Positions 11,722 to 23,791 of a stretch of DNA of 64,000 nucleotides are shown piece by piece. The DNA is from Balanoglossus misakiensis (Eukaryota; Animalia; Hemichordata). The stretch is taken from assembly GCA_040954595.2 (NCBI GenBank), contig CM082589.2, forward strand, positions 6,507,186-6,571,185, given 5' to 3'. The notes under the pieces were generated by a model. That model searched no databases, had not been told where the DNA came from, and was given only the letters and a program-made list of their open reading frames with translations. The number at the start of each line of letters is the position of its first letter. Position 1 is the first letter of the stretch. A program made the translations under genes and the position numbers.

Positions 11722-14700
11722 ATGTCGCTTCACCGACATTTAGTTCTGCAACTTTGGATCAGTTTAGTTGTTGTGTGCTGCACTACCACCGCAATTTCAA
11801 CCGTAACCCCGTTGGTTAATTTAACCGCAGCATCCACAGAGAACTACACCCTCAATGTCACGACAATTCAAACCACCGAGGCACCTCCGTACATGGAGTA
11901 TCCAAACGACGTAGTGCTTGACGACAATGGCAACTATCGCCTGTCCTGGGCGTTTACCGATACCCACATCACGTTTGAGGTTCGCGCCAAGACCCTCGGG
12001 TACATTGGACTGGGATTCTCCCCTACAGGACGGATGATCAACGCAGACATTGTCTTTGGCTGGGTGAAAGATGGAGTAGGCTTTCTAAGTGTAAGTCTTC
12101 ATATTTTAATGCCATTTTGATATTTGAAAGCAAAAATAGAACGGCGTTACACTGTAAGGGCTAAAAATACACCCAAAAAATTATGCAGGTTTTTGTGTGA
12201 CGCACATTTGTTAAATATCCATCATGGTTATAAATGGTGCCATTCCTTTTCATAAAAACCTCTACAGTTGTCACAATTAATAATCTAATTAACATTTTTG
12301 GCATATTCACCAATTAACTTACTATCGGTGAAACCTCCTGAATGTAGAAATGTCTTTTTTTCTGCAATAGGATCGCTTTGCTACTGTAAACGGAGAACCG
12401 AGCATTGACGAAAGCCAGGATTACACCCTACTTTCTGCACAGGAAACTAGGTCGCATACCATATTGACATTTTCTAGGAAACTCAGAACATGTGATCACA
12501 GAGATGTGGATATCAAGGTGGGTTCTTATACTTCAGCCCATCATTTTGACCCTGAGAGCTGGGTTGCACACACATGGCAAAGGGTATGGGTAAATACCAC
12601 TGCACCATTGATATAAGAAGACATTCGTGTAAATAAACACTAAAAGGCACATAAGCTGCAACTTTTGGGATAATTATCATTGTTTCAAATTGCACTACCA
12701 TTAGTCCATGCAGATGAAGGCAGTCAACTAAACACAAGCATTATAAACCCTAAATATGAGTGCATATGCAAGTTTTAACCAGATAAATAATAAAGCTTTG
12801 CTGCAAGCCCTGATGGACTCTTATGTAGGAGATCAGTAGGCATGCAATACTTGGATTTATTGAGATAGTAACACATGAGAAGAGAAGACAATAGGGATGG
12901 TAGGTTTTCATGCCATGATATTTTTTAAGCCTGCCCCAGGGGAGAAGGTATAATCAATTGTCTGAGTGGGTTTTCAGATCTGAATTTGCATAGACCGCTG
13001 ATTGGAAATTTTGAATATGAACTACATGTATTACAGAGGGGGGGGCATTCACACAAGGCCAGGTACTTAATAGATATTTGATACATCCAAAGAAACAGAT
13101 GTATATATACCACTGTAAACATATAGACAACCAACACAAAGCAATAGAGAGAAACAGCTTTGTTACATTGACAATGATTACTACCATTGGAATATTAAGT
13201 TTTCATCTCATCTTTTACCATCAAATGATGTACATGTAAATGTGGATGCTATGCAACTCATGAAACCTATAATATCTATAACCTTATAGGAAAGTGTGCT
13301 GTCCATAATATGGGCCTATCATACAGAGGACCCAGCCATTTCGCCAATGGTTATGGGGATTCCATATCACGGAACAGACAGACGTGGCACAAAGGAAGTT
13401 TACTTGCTGGATTATGCCAGTTTAATTCCTGACATTTCCAGTGATGATCCAGGCATAAAAGTTATGGATTTTCGAAATCCTAATGTAGGTACTTCCTTGC
13501 ATCCACTTGTAGTTGGGCTGTTTTTTCTTACTTTCTACAACTGTGGATATCATTAATGAAAGAGGGTGCAAAGCGTTTTTGAACACATAATATGAAAAGA
13601 CAGGTTCCAATTACATGTACACTTTTGTCTGAGTATAGTCCCATAAGTGTGGGATAGAAAGCAGTAGAATATAGCAATTGAAACATTTGGTATTAGCTAA
13701 TCAACGGATGTACCGGTAAATCAATTTTGAAAATTTCCAAATAAAGGGCAAGTTGCTTACACATAAAGAGGTCTACACTCTGATGAATATGGTGGTAAAA
13801 TTCAGTGGAAACTGAAAAGCCAAAGAATGACTTTGCATGTTTCTCATTCAGATCACTATGCCATGGGCACAGGAATCAACAAGATGGTGCCAAGTGTTCA
13901 AAATTCCACAACTGAATGGGAAGCACCATGTTGTTAAGGTTGGTAAATTCAAACCTACATCTGCAAATGTATGTGAACTATAGCTTTCAATTCAAAAGTG
14001 CAATATTAGGTTGAATCCTTATTGAGTTCTGTGTGTGGGAGTGGGTGACTGAAAGCTAGGGCAGTCCTCAAACAACTGATGAAGCAGGGCGAGATTATTA
14101 ATTCAACAGGACATGTTAATTTTGATTGAAGGCTCTGGTTCCATTATGATATAATAATTGTATAGCCTTGACTGTATTGAAAGACACTTCACGAGTTGAA
14201 CATTACAGTAAAATTGCATCTTATATTAGTGTATGGAGATCTGCAGCATCAGGTCTCAACTACATACACAACTGAAAATAACTTTGTCATTTTAGTCACT
14301 ACAACTGAAAATACTTTATTTGTATATTTGTATACAGTACGAACCAATTACTGATTCTGATAACCAAGAATATGTGGAGTCCATTAAGATGAAACTATGT
14401 CTTGATGAAGATATCAATGGTCTATTTGATGGATTTGGCTATGAATGCTACACACAACAGGAATTGCATGTGCAAACCAACCTGTCTTTGTGTCACTCGC
14501 TATTTGTTTTGTGGACTGCAGGAAACAGGGTACAGTATATTCATATAGACTAGTATACACATAGATTTGCTCTCTGTCTGTCTGCCAATCCATTATAATA
14601 GTGACTGGTTTTATTTTGGTTATATAAGCCTCAGTAAAAGACGAATTCATGCTAGCGTTACTGTTCATCATGAAAACTTTCCAATTAAAGTATTATGTAA

Positions 14701-17700
14701 ATGTATTGTGCAACTCATTCTGCCGTATTTGATCATTTTTCAGGGATTCAACTTTCCAGAAGAAGCAGGCTTTCCTTTGGGTAACAACAACAACAACACA
14801 GAATCTCCACAATTTGTCGTTATGGAAACAGCCTTTCACCATGGCTATAACTCAAGTAAGGTGATTTTTTTTTTCAAATAGTTATAAAGGGTTGTGAAAG
14901 TTGTTTATTAGAAAAGAATTGAAATGCAGACAATTAAGCTGTATTAATTATTAACTGTTGGGTAGGAAATCTGCAGTTACAGTACCTAAATGATTAACTG
15001 ATGAATTGACTGGCTTGCCTATAGAATAAACAAGTGAAAATATCAAAAATACAAAGAAAAAAAATGACTGCATAAATGGCATTTTTCAGGAGTATGTTTT
15101 AATAACTGGTAAACATCATTCAGAATTGATGCAGCTCCCCCATTTGATCAGAATATATGGGATTGTCGAGTTGCTGTGAGGGCGCTGCTTTTTTGACTGG
15201 AAGTGTGGTCAGTTTTTTGCTACGCATGGCAATAATCAATAGGCGATAACATGCCAAATTTGTACAGTTATACAACCAGTTGTGATACAGTGGTGCAGCA
15301 ATTGATGTAATCGTTTAAAATGCATGAGAAACAAAACAAACATGGGTTTTGCACTGATCTGACAAGTCAGATCCCGTGAGGAGTACGGTGCCCAGAGTGC
15401 AAACACCTAAGGTTTTTTTGGTCTCTTTTTGCATACAAATTAACTATACAGGACAGTCACAGAAACAGCATTCATGATGCGTGAATACAAAATCACCAAT
15501 CAGTGTTCTCCCCAGGAGAGACAAGCTGAATGAAAAACATTTAAATGTAACAAGACAACAGCATCAGACCACTGGCCTTTAACTGGAGATTTTACTCCAT
15601 TACATATCAGTGCAATCATCATCACTGCCACCACCACAAAAACCACCAACACCACCCCTTTGCCATATAAAACAATAGATACCTTAGATTAAAGACAAAT
15701 CATGACCCCTTGCTATATGTTGATACAGTGTACTGTATATCATGGCATAAAATGTCCTAAAGCGGTGGGATGGGGAGGGGTCAGGTTTTACAACGTCGAA
15801 CAAGGGGGAGGGTCACATTATAGAAGGGAGGATATGGGGGAGGGTCACATTTTAGAGTCCAGGTGTATGCTTGATTTAATCACCCTGGCCCACCCCCCTG
15901 TAAATACTGAAGGGTCCCTAACAAGGATGAGTTCCAAAACCCGAGGTATAGCACTGATCCGAATGATCAGATCCCGTGAGGAGTACGGTGCCCAGAGTGC
16001 AAACACCTCTATTTTTATTTCTATACGAGCCAGAAATTCTCATTTGACAAAATTAAACTTTTCGGGGTTTTTTACATTTTTGATGCATTCAGATGGGCAG
16101 TTGAATTCATATATGTTGTTACATCCAACCCAAACCCTTGTCAATTAGCAGAACCTGTCTCTACATATATCAGAAAACCTATCCACACGCGAATTACTTA
16201 TTCGAATACATGTATAAGGAACCCCCCCCCCGAAATAATATCGTCCCGACCCTGAAAAAAGTACCCAGTGCGTTATTGCAGTCTGGTGTGTGAGGGCGCT
16301 GTCAACATATTGTATTTATGTGTACTATGAACACGCCCTAAAATTTGCCTCACCATTTTCTACAAATGTTTGAAGTTGTTCTCATTGAAAGTCACACTGC
16401 CATATCACAAACTGATCGTTCCGTAGTATCTAAATCATCCACCGTGGTTGATATCTTGTAACTCCCCCCCCCCCTGGAAACCCTACCATTCCTCAACTAT
16501 CCCGTAGAAACGACTGAAATTTTCGAGGCCAAGTCAGAAATGACAGTACATTGAGTGTCTGTCAACTCGAATCCGGAATCAAATTTCCTGCCCTCGCCTA
16601 GCTGCAATAATTGTAGCCTTGGTGGGTTGGGTGATCGCTGTCGGCCCCACAGCGATCACCCAACCCACCAAGGCTACAATTATTGCAGCTAGCCCTCGCC
16701 CTGTGATCAACTCGTTTCCCCCATGGGAGAACCAATACTGGAAAATTACCGGACACGGATGATTATGGAGAAACGCCATTCATTTTACATGTAAATTAGA
16801 TTGTAAGCGCAGAGACCTGACCGGACATTGACTGAATAAATTGAACCCTGAACAGTTCTCAAAAACACAGTAAAATGGATGAGAAACAAGACCCTCGGGT
16901 GGTTTTGCGCTGATCTGAAATTATCACTCAGATCCCGTGAGGAGTACGGTGCCCAGAGTGCTAAAACCACCTAGAGATCCCATCTCTACCACCAATTTGT
17001 GACGGAAGCACTACACGGTCAGGGACCGAACGAACGTTCAACGGGCCTCTCACACACAACACGTGCCATCTCTCGGCAGTAGAACCACTGAAAGCAAGCG
17101 TCCCTGACGAAACTCTGGCCAATTCGGACACGCTAGGGTAAACAGCACTTCTGACCCTAAGATCAGTAGGCCTGGAGTTGGCTACCCAGTAGTCAAGAAG
17201 CAAGAAATGAGGCAAAATATCGGCGCCGAGTTTTGGCCACCCTCTCCGAACGACGCCATCCAAAATCTAAACTAATCACGTGACCCAGACCGCACTTCCG
17301 ATTGGTGTTCGACAGGCTATGATGTCACCCACCAGTAACATGATGGAAATTTCCCCCACCTGTATCTTCTGGGACACACAGGTCATCCTTAGCAACGACC
17401 GCCATAGCAACACAACACTCATAAGTGAGGAAGCCATATATGATACATAAACACCTTTCCTACAGGATAAGAAGTGAATAACACTAAGCACTTCTATAAC
17501 AATATATTAGACTTTATCTATTATCCCATTAGATTATGGTCTGAGGCTCATTGATTCTCTTGACAATCATGGACCATGTTCATCAATGTTCAATCAATTT
17601 TGTTTCGTCACAGCCATGGTAGACTCGTCGGGAATACGTATCTTCTACACCTCGGATTTGCGGGAAAACGACGCTGGTGTACTGGTCACAGGACATGAAA

Positions 17701-20138
17701 CCAACGACGCATTGGTGGTACCACCCGGAGCCACAAGTTTTGTTGCAAAAGGATACTGTTCCAAAGCATGCACTGATTACGTGAGTACACAAGGACCAGC
17801 TTAGCGTGTTTATCAGTTATTATTTGATTATTAAAAAGTAAATATTATTATAATATGGTGGCTTCGTCAACAGGGCCTTTACAACCAGTCTATCAACGTG
17901 TTTGCGTCTCTTCTGGATGGTAATGAGGCCGCAACAACGATGCGCACACGCCATGTGCGCGATGGAAGAGAACTGAAACTCATCGCCGAGAACGTGGATT
18001 ACAATTATAACTTCAAAGGTCTGAAACACCTCAAGGTAGTTGCCTTGGTCAAACCGGTACGTAAAATTGTGTACAAACGCACACATATTTGCCATTTTCC
18101 ATGTGTTGCTTGCACTTATTAGTAATTTCTTACCCAGAATGATGATGCTATTTGAACCTGATTTGATGTCATATTCTCACATAGGCCTACCTGGCGTCAA
18201 AAAAAAACTGTCTTCATTTTTTGGTTTCGATTATTTCCAACATCCTGCAAGGTAAACAGCGGCGCGCGTGCTTTGTTTAATATGCGCTAGCCTAAGACTT
18301 TGTCGTTGCAATGAAGGATTGTTTGAATAATCTACATTTGTGGTCAGATTACTGTTGAAATACAGAACCTTTAAATTCACGAGCACCGAGAAGGTATGCC
18401 TTTGATTGACGGTTAGTCCCATTCTGTCTTTTTTTTGTATCATTTCGGTACATGTACTTGAAGGGAGACGAATTCATCACAGAGTGTACGTATAACACTG
18501 GAAAGAATACACAAGTCAAGTACGTAAGTAGTAAGAAAATCGCCACTTGCTGGCAATTGAACAATGGTGTGATATGGAACCAAAAATTCAATCGCAAGTG
18601 TCTAATAACAGAGCTTAGTGCAAGCATTCGGTGATAAGATAACTACTCAACAATTCACCATGCCTAAGGAGGTCGAACAAGCAACATACAAACAGAGGAA
18701 AATAAAATACCTAAGAATGGCCAACCGACATAACTAATGGTATATCATTCCATACTACCCTGTTCAACATTTAGGGTGGACGTGGCATACAAAACGAAGC
18801 ATGTATCAACTATTTATATTACTACCCTCGGAGTCGACTGATGCGGTGTCAGAGTACTATTGATTGGCGCTTTGGCATGTATGCCGTAGCAAAGATCACG
18901 AAAATGGATAACTCGTAAGTAATAGGCCATTTCCATGACCTCTTTATGATCTTACTCAACGGTGTAGCTCCGGTGGTATGGTGGGGTTTTCAAAATTCAA
19001 CATTTTATAAATGTGTATTATTGCTTGAAAAAGATTCACCTTGCTTGGTAATTCAGTATGTAATTCATTGAATACAGCTGCATTGTGTAGAGTTTTTGCA
19101 TGTAGAATGTTTTAATCAGACTGATGGATTTACGCCAACGGAAGTACGAGGATGGACGGTCATGTGGGGTCATGGAAGTGATCTATTGTTTCCATGCATT
19201 TCTCCTAAAGAGCAAACAAATTTCCTCTCCGACCAAAAAAGCCAACAAGCGTGCGATGTACGGTAGCCCAATCCATTTACTGGGTGATAGCTCGCGAATG
19301 ACAGAATAATGTTGTTTAGTTAAGAAATCCCTTTATTCTGCTTTCCGTGTGCATATTTCCAATACATGTGTACCCCTGAAGAGTTTCAACTTTAATTCTG
19401 TGGTTACAGGTGGCCGAAAATCATATTAGAGCCAACAAATCACGCGGGAAAATCCATGTTTGAAGTTTTTAATGGATTGGAGTGGAACCCCGGGGAGATA
19501 GATAGTTTGGAATACGTGTACTCCACTTACTTTGTAAATAAGTGCGACCGACACGGGGGACCACGCCCGGTAAGTTTCAATAAGAAAACCCTGATATAGT
19601 TATATTTTGTAATAAGCCATGTTAGTATATATTCGGATTAGATGACAGCAATACCTTCCCGGTAGAATACATTGTGATGAAAACAGAAGTTTGGTCAAAA
19701 ATACAAAATATTTTCCTCTGCGAGAATATGCGGCTATATCTCTCACAATTCAAAGCCGACGATCGTCTTGTGCCCATGTGCGTTATTTCGTGTGTATAGA
19801 CATTACGTCCAATCAAAATGTTCTGTAAATTTTGCGTTCAACGCATTCAAATAGTGGTCATGCGCACCGTATGAGTAGATTTCAGTTTTGTCCCTTCTTT
19901 TTTTACCCAGTTTTCTGTCTTTTCCCGATCTTCGGCACGGGGTTTATTTGAAGATGTTAGGTGACACGTTGTTTTCCTCCGTTTGCAGGAGTTTGGACCC
20001 TTTTCCTTTGTGCCTGAAATAAGGCAGCCGTTCATTGGTGAGGACCCTTGCGCAGCATGCGCAACAATGTGTGTGGGCCTGTGGAAGATGTCTGCGATGG
20101 TTCTGTTCGTTTTTCACCTACTGAACCGGTGCTGTTGA
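11722..20138 (+). CDS. DBH-like monooxygenase (MOXD1/DBH family fold): signal peptide, DOMON, two Cu-type-II monooxygenase domains, hydrophobic C-terminus; copper ligands absent
   Basis: 12 phase-compatible exons: 11722-12090, 12371-12517, 13290-13484, 13852-13938, 14338-14529, 14744-14855, 17614-17780, 17874-18056, 18464-18523, 18775-18914, 19410-19569, 19989-20138 (653 aa). Family motifs GYIGLGFSPTGRMINADIVFGWV, FSRKLRTCD, IIWAYH, KHHVVKYEP, FPEEAGFPLG, DSSGIRIFYT..LRENDAG, RTRHVRDGREL, GDEFITECTYNT, YYPR. Confidence 0.92.
15345..15407. repeat. Structured three-way-junction motif, copy A
   Basis: GGTTTTGCACT-GATCTGA(caag)TCAGATC-CCGT(gaggagt)ACGG-TGCCCAG-AGTGCAAACACC. The core is identical in copies B and C. 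Confidence 0.85.
15765..15920. mobile_element. Fragment of a G-rich MITE-like element abutting motif copy B
   Basis: Three GGGGAGGG(G)TCA subterminal repeats, ending in CCCCCCTGTAAATACTGAAGGGTCCCTAA, which looks like a DNA-transposon terminus. The other end is not visible. Confidence 0.4.
15943..16009. repeat. Structured three-way-junction motif, copy B
   Basis: GAGGTATAGCACT-GATCCGA(atga)TCAGATC-CCGT(gaggagt)ACGG-TGCCCAG-AGTGCAAACACCTC. Lies exactly 600 bp after copy A. Confidence 0.85.
16599..16691. mobile_element. 93-bp foldback MITE with perfect 43-bp TIRs (TAG...CTA) and a 9-bp TSD
   Basis: TAGCTGCAATAATTGTAGCCTTGGTGGGTTGGGTGATCGCTGT, 7-nt loop CGGCCCC, then the exact reverse complement. 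Flanked by GCCCTCGCC at 16590-16598 and 16692-16700. Confidence 0.9.
16898..16971. repeat. Structured three-way-junction motif, copy C
   Basis: GGTGGTTTTGCGCT-GATCTGA(aattatcac)TCAGATC-CCGT(gaggagt)ACGG-TGCCCAG-AGTGCTAAAACCACC. Confidence 0.85.
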
Positions 20139-20574
20139 AGCGTCAATGAGCTGAAAGAAATCACAGCTGATAACAAACGCCCGTGCAATTCACGAGTGAA
20201 AGTGACCTCTTTCACACTCGGCATACTAGTAACTCTAACAAAATTGCAATTACGCATGCTCATGAACGTATTATAATGAAGGTGGTGCCACCCTCAAATG
20301 CCCGAGTTCTATCAAGCACGCACACGTTCACTTATTATATAACCTACTAGTCTACACGAAAATGCTGTCATTGTGCAGCTGGCCTTCAGATGGCACGGGA
20401 CAATAATGCCCATTGAGCTTGTTATAAAAGTCTCTCAGTTCACTAAAGAAAACCACAGTGGAGAACCCTTACACCTATACAGTTCACAGTTCCGTGTCTT
20501 TCATAACTGAATTTTTTTATTTCAATGTTTGTACGTCACCAGTACAGGTTGTCACATGTCTGCTCAGAACGTGG

Positions 20575-23500
20575 TTAAGTTTGCGTTTCGACGTCATTTA
20601 CATATACATGTATGATATCCTGTTGGTGTTTCGCTTCCATGATTGTGGCCGCGTCAGCCTTTTCCACCCTTCTTGATGATATTCGACGTTGTCTGGAAGT
20701 CCAGTACTCCATTACCAACATCACAATGCCGCCCAGTGATACGAAACACCCGTAGAAATAGAAAGAGTTGTTGTAATCCCCGGTGACATCATATATGTAA
20801 CCTGCAAAATTCCAAATATTACTCAAGTTATAAATCTAATATCCAGGCGTTTTGTTTGAAATCATTTCAATGTGATTTCATCTTTTTCGTTTAGATACCA
20901 ACAAAGTGTTATGTTTAGTGTGTATGTTAGAGCAATAAACGAACTACGAAAACATTAAATCAAATGACTGACCATTATCCCTACTCAAAGGTCCAGCAAC
21001 GAGCTCCAATTATATGATTCTTTTCTCATTCTCAGATTTATTGTTTTGGGTATCAACTGTTATTTCTCGTTGTACTCTTCAAAACATAAAGAATTGCTCT
21101 GGATTTTAATACAACCGTTTTGTAGTAATCAGCACTCTCTGTCTGTCTCTGTCTCTCTGTGTGTCTCTCTCGCGCTCTCTCTCCCTCCCTCCCTCCCTCC
21201 CCCCCCCTCTCTCTCTCTCTCCCTCTCTCTCTCGTATATAAACAAATAACGACAAGGGATCTTATTTAGAGCAAAATCAACGTCACCTGCACAGAGTGGT
21301 CCTAGAAATCCTCCCACCGCTAATACACAAACGCAAAAACCAAATCCCGCCACGAAAAGTCGATGAGATAATGTGTCCTTGATAACAACCCCAAATAAGG
21401 TATACATCAGTCCACTCAGTAAACCGATGATGGATGAATATACAGCAAACACTGTGTACGTGTTTACTACTTGCACGAGAAGAAGCAAGACTCCTCCGAG
21501 AAGCATGACAAGGCCGTACCAAAACCCGCTTGTTCGATGTTGCCATCGACAGCACGGTTCGAGGGATGGTAGTAGTCTGCCAACGATGCTGCCTATCCCA
21601 AGCAACGAATTGGCGAACGCAATCTCCTCGGGGCTTCCCAGATGCAAGTCTTTCGCACGCGCTACCAGGTGCACTGTCACGCCGACGTATCCCACGCCAA
21701 GACATAGAAACGACGACGCGACAAACACGATGAACGCTGGGTACTTGAATAACACGTGGCAGTCGCACATTCGCAAAAAGCTCTCAAGCCTCCCATTGCC
21801 TTTGACACTCTCCTCTCTCTCTTCTTCATCTGACACGCCCGTCGGCCTGAACAAGGCGGCAGAAATGCCCATGTGCGCGTTGATAGCAGCGAAGACCATC
21901 GCCGTTCCTCTCCATCCGTACATGTCGATGCATCCTTGTAGGATAGGCGGGAAAATGAAAATCGCAACTCCGCCGCTCATCACAGTAAGGGCGTTCGCGA
22001 TCGCGAAACGTTTCTTTATGAACAAAGCAAAATATCCCACGCCCGGCGGCAGAATTATACCATATCCAAGTCCTTGTAAAACAAAACAAAAACAGCAAAA
22101 GTCCATTCAGAATACACATATTACATATATTCTGGTACCAGCGCTTTAGCTACAAGCGCTGGGTCGGCTAGTCACAGTAGGCCTAAGTACACTTCAACAT
22201 GAGTAAATACAAGAAATGACCCTTTAACCCACAGTGTGCAGAAATATGCAGTGCTTTGTACGTATATATTTACCAAAGGGGTCGAAGATCGCAGACAGTC
22301 GATTTCATTCAGGCTGTCAGACCCAGTCAGCCAATACTTGTTTATATCAAAGCAAGGTCACTTGTGTGGAGTGACCGTGATCAAAGTGACCTGGAAAAGA
22401 GGTTCCAAAATAACGACGGGCGGACGGGCCACAGTAAGGTCTTCATTGAAGTACATAGACAGTACTTACCAACAAGAACTCCAAGGCTAAAATACAAATA
22501 CTCGATACTTGTTGCAAAATAACTCAAAAGGTATCCAGTAGTAGAAATGGCTGTTCCAATCATGACCGTCATCCTAGCTCCGATCATTTTAACACACACA
22601 TTTGATAACGGACCTGTGCACAGAAATTTGTAAAATAAACTCAAGTAGTAATGATTCAGTTTATTATTTTAATAAAATAGAAATTAACACTTGGAAATTA
22701 TATCTCTTGGCAGGGGCAATTGGGCAGCATTTGCACTACGTATTTTCGTAGACAGACGCAACGATATATCTTGATGGAGGAAGAGCTTACATATATTACA
22801 GCGCCAAATATAATCGCATAACAAACCCGACACTGGTATTTAGAGCGGGCAGCTGCAGTTGGTAGTTTAATGGTCACTTGATCCGCTTTGAAGCGTTCTA
22901 ATTCATAGTGGGACAATGTCCCTTTATGTTCCATGTACGTAATTGTAGTGCCCTAGTTTCATTCTACGACACAGCAGTGCGGAACCACGACCTTCGCTTT
23001 GGAATGCAATGTGATATGGGGATATCATTAAAGGGAGTAAGTCTCTCTCTCTCGTTGCCCTTTTTTCCATTAATTATATTTGATACGAGACACCGTTTGT
23101 TATTCTACATGTGGATATATAGTGAATGAACGTTCAACCACACACAACTTCCATCCCTCTTATAGACAGGAGAGTGAAAAAACTCGCCAAAATGAATAAT
23201 CGTTCTTTACCATTTATTCATTTTGGGCGTGTTTTTACTCTCATATCATGCAAGTGGGATGGAAGTTTTGGGTGGTTGATCATTGATTCACTATATATCC
23301 ACATTTACATTAACATAACCAGTGTCTTGTATCAAACATAATTAATGGAAAAGGGGCAGCTGGAGAGAGACTTTGTCCCTTTAACCCTATGGGTATGGCG
23401 AGAGTGTCCGGCTTTGGCTTTACGCGGCCTCACTGGGTATGGTGACCAGGCTACCCTGCTCGCGGCGCATACCAAAGACTGGGCACTCTCGACATACTAG

Positions 23501-23791
23501 TAGGGCTGGGGATACCATGTACAAAAGAAGCGTACCTAAACCCCACTCCAGCAACATAAGCAGTGAGAGAATCCACGACGTACGAAGTGCATTCGCCTCG
23601 AAGGAAGTCTGAATCGCAACAAGCAGTGGTCCAATAGCTGAGAAGACGCCGAATTCAAAAAGGCAGCAGACACATGATCCGAGCACAACAAGCCAACCTC
23701 GTAATCCACCATCTCGACCACTTTCACCATGGTTGGATTTGAGATATTCCTTGCTTTCCCCCTTCTCTTTGGCGCCAGTATCAGGTGCCAT
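20575..23791 (-). CDS. Monocarboxylate transporter family (SLC16/MCT, MFS) protein
   Basis: Exons 23791-23536, 22613-22470, 22072-21287, 20801-20575 (470 aa) with the phase-1 introns typical of SLC16. Motifs DGGLRGWLVV, GPLSNVCVKMIGAR, YLYFSLGVLVGLGYG, KKRFAIANAL, YGWRG, LFRP, GPLCAGYIYDVTGDY. Confidence 0.92.
21135..21232. repeat. (CT)n/(CCCT)n microsatellite in MCT intron
   Basis: ctctctgtctgtctct...ctccctccct...ctctctctct. Confidence 0.9.
23032..23380. mobile_element. Kolobok-type MITE (TTAA TSD, AGGG...CCCT termini), family K1 copy 1
   Basis: TTAA at 23028-31 and 23381-84. Imperfect ~65-bp TIRs AGGGA.AAGTCTCTCTC...TTCCATTAATTAT.TTTGATAC.AGACAC. Second copy at 57047-57322. Confidence 0.8.

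Noticed and set aside
15374-15390. GAGGAGTACGG resembles the 16S rRNA GGGGAGTACGG segment
   Set aside because: Similarity is limited to about 10 nt and the flanks are not rRNA-like.
15345-16971. Three direct repeats read as a CRISPR array or a hammerhead ribozyme
   Set aside because: Spacing is 600 and about 960 bp, the context is eukaryotic with no cas genes, and neither strand has the CUGAUGA...GAAA core (closest is CTGGGCA).
21373-22149. 258-aa plus-strand ORF and other overlapping ORFs
   Set aside because: Antisense or alternate-frame shadows of the GC-rich MCT exon 3.
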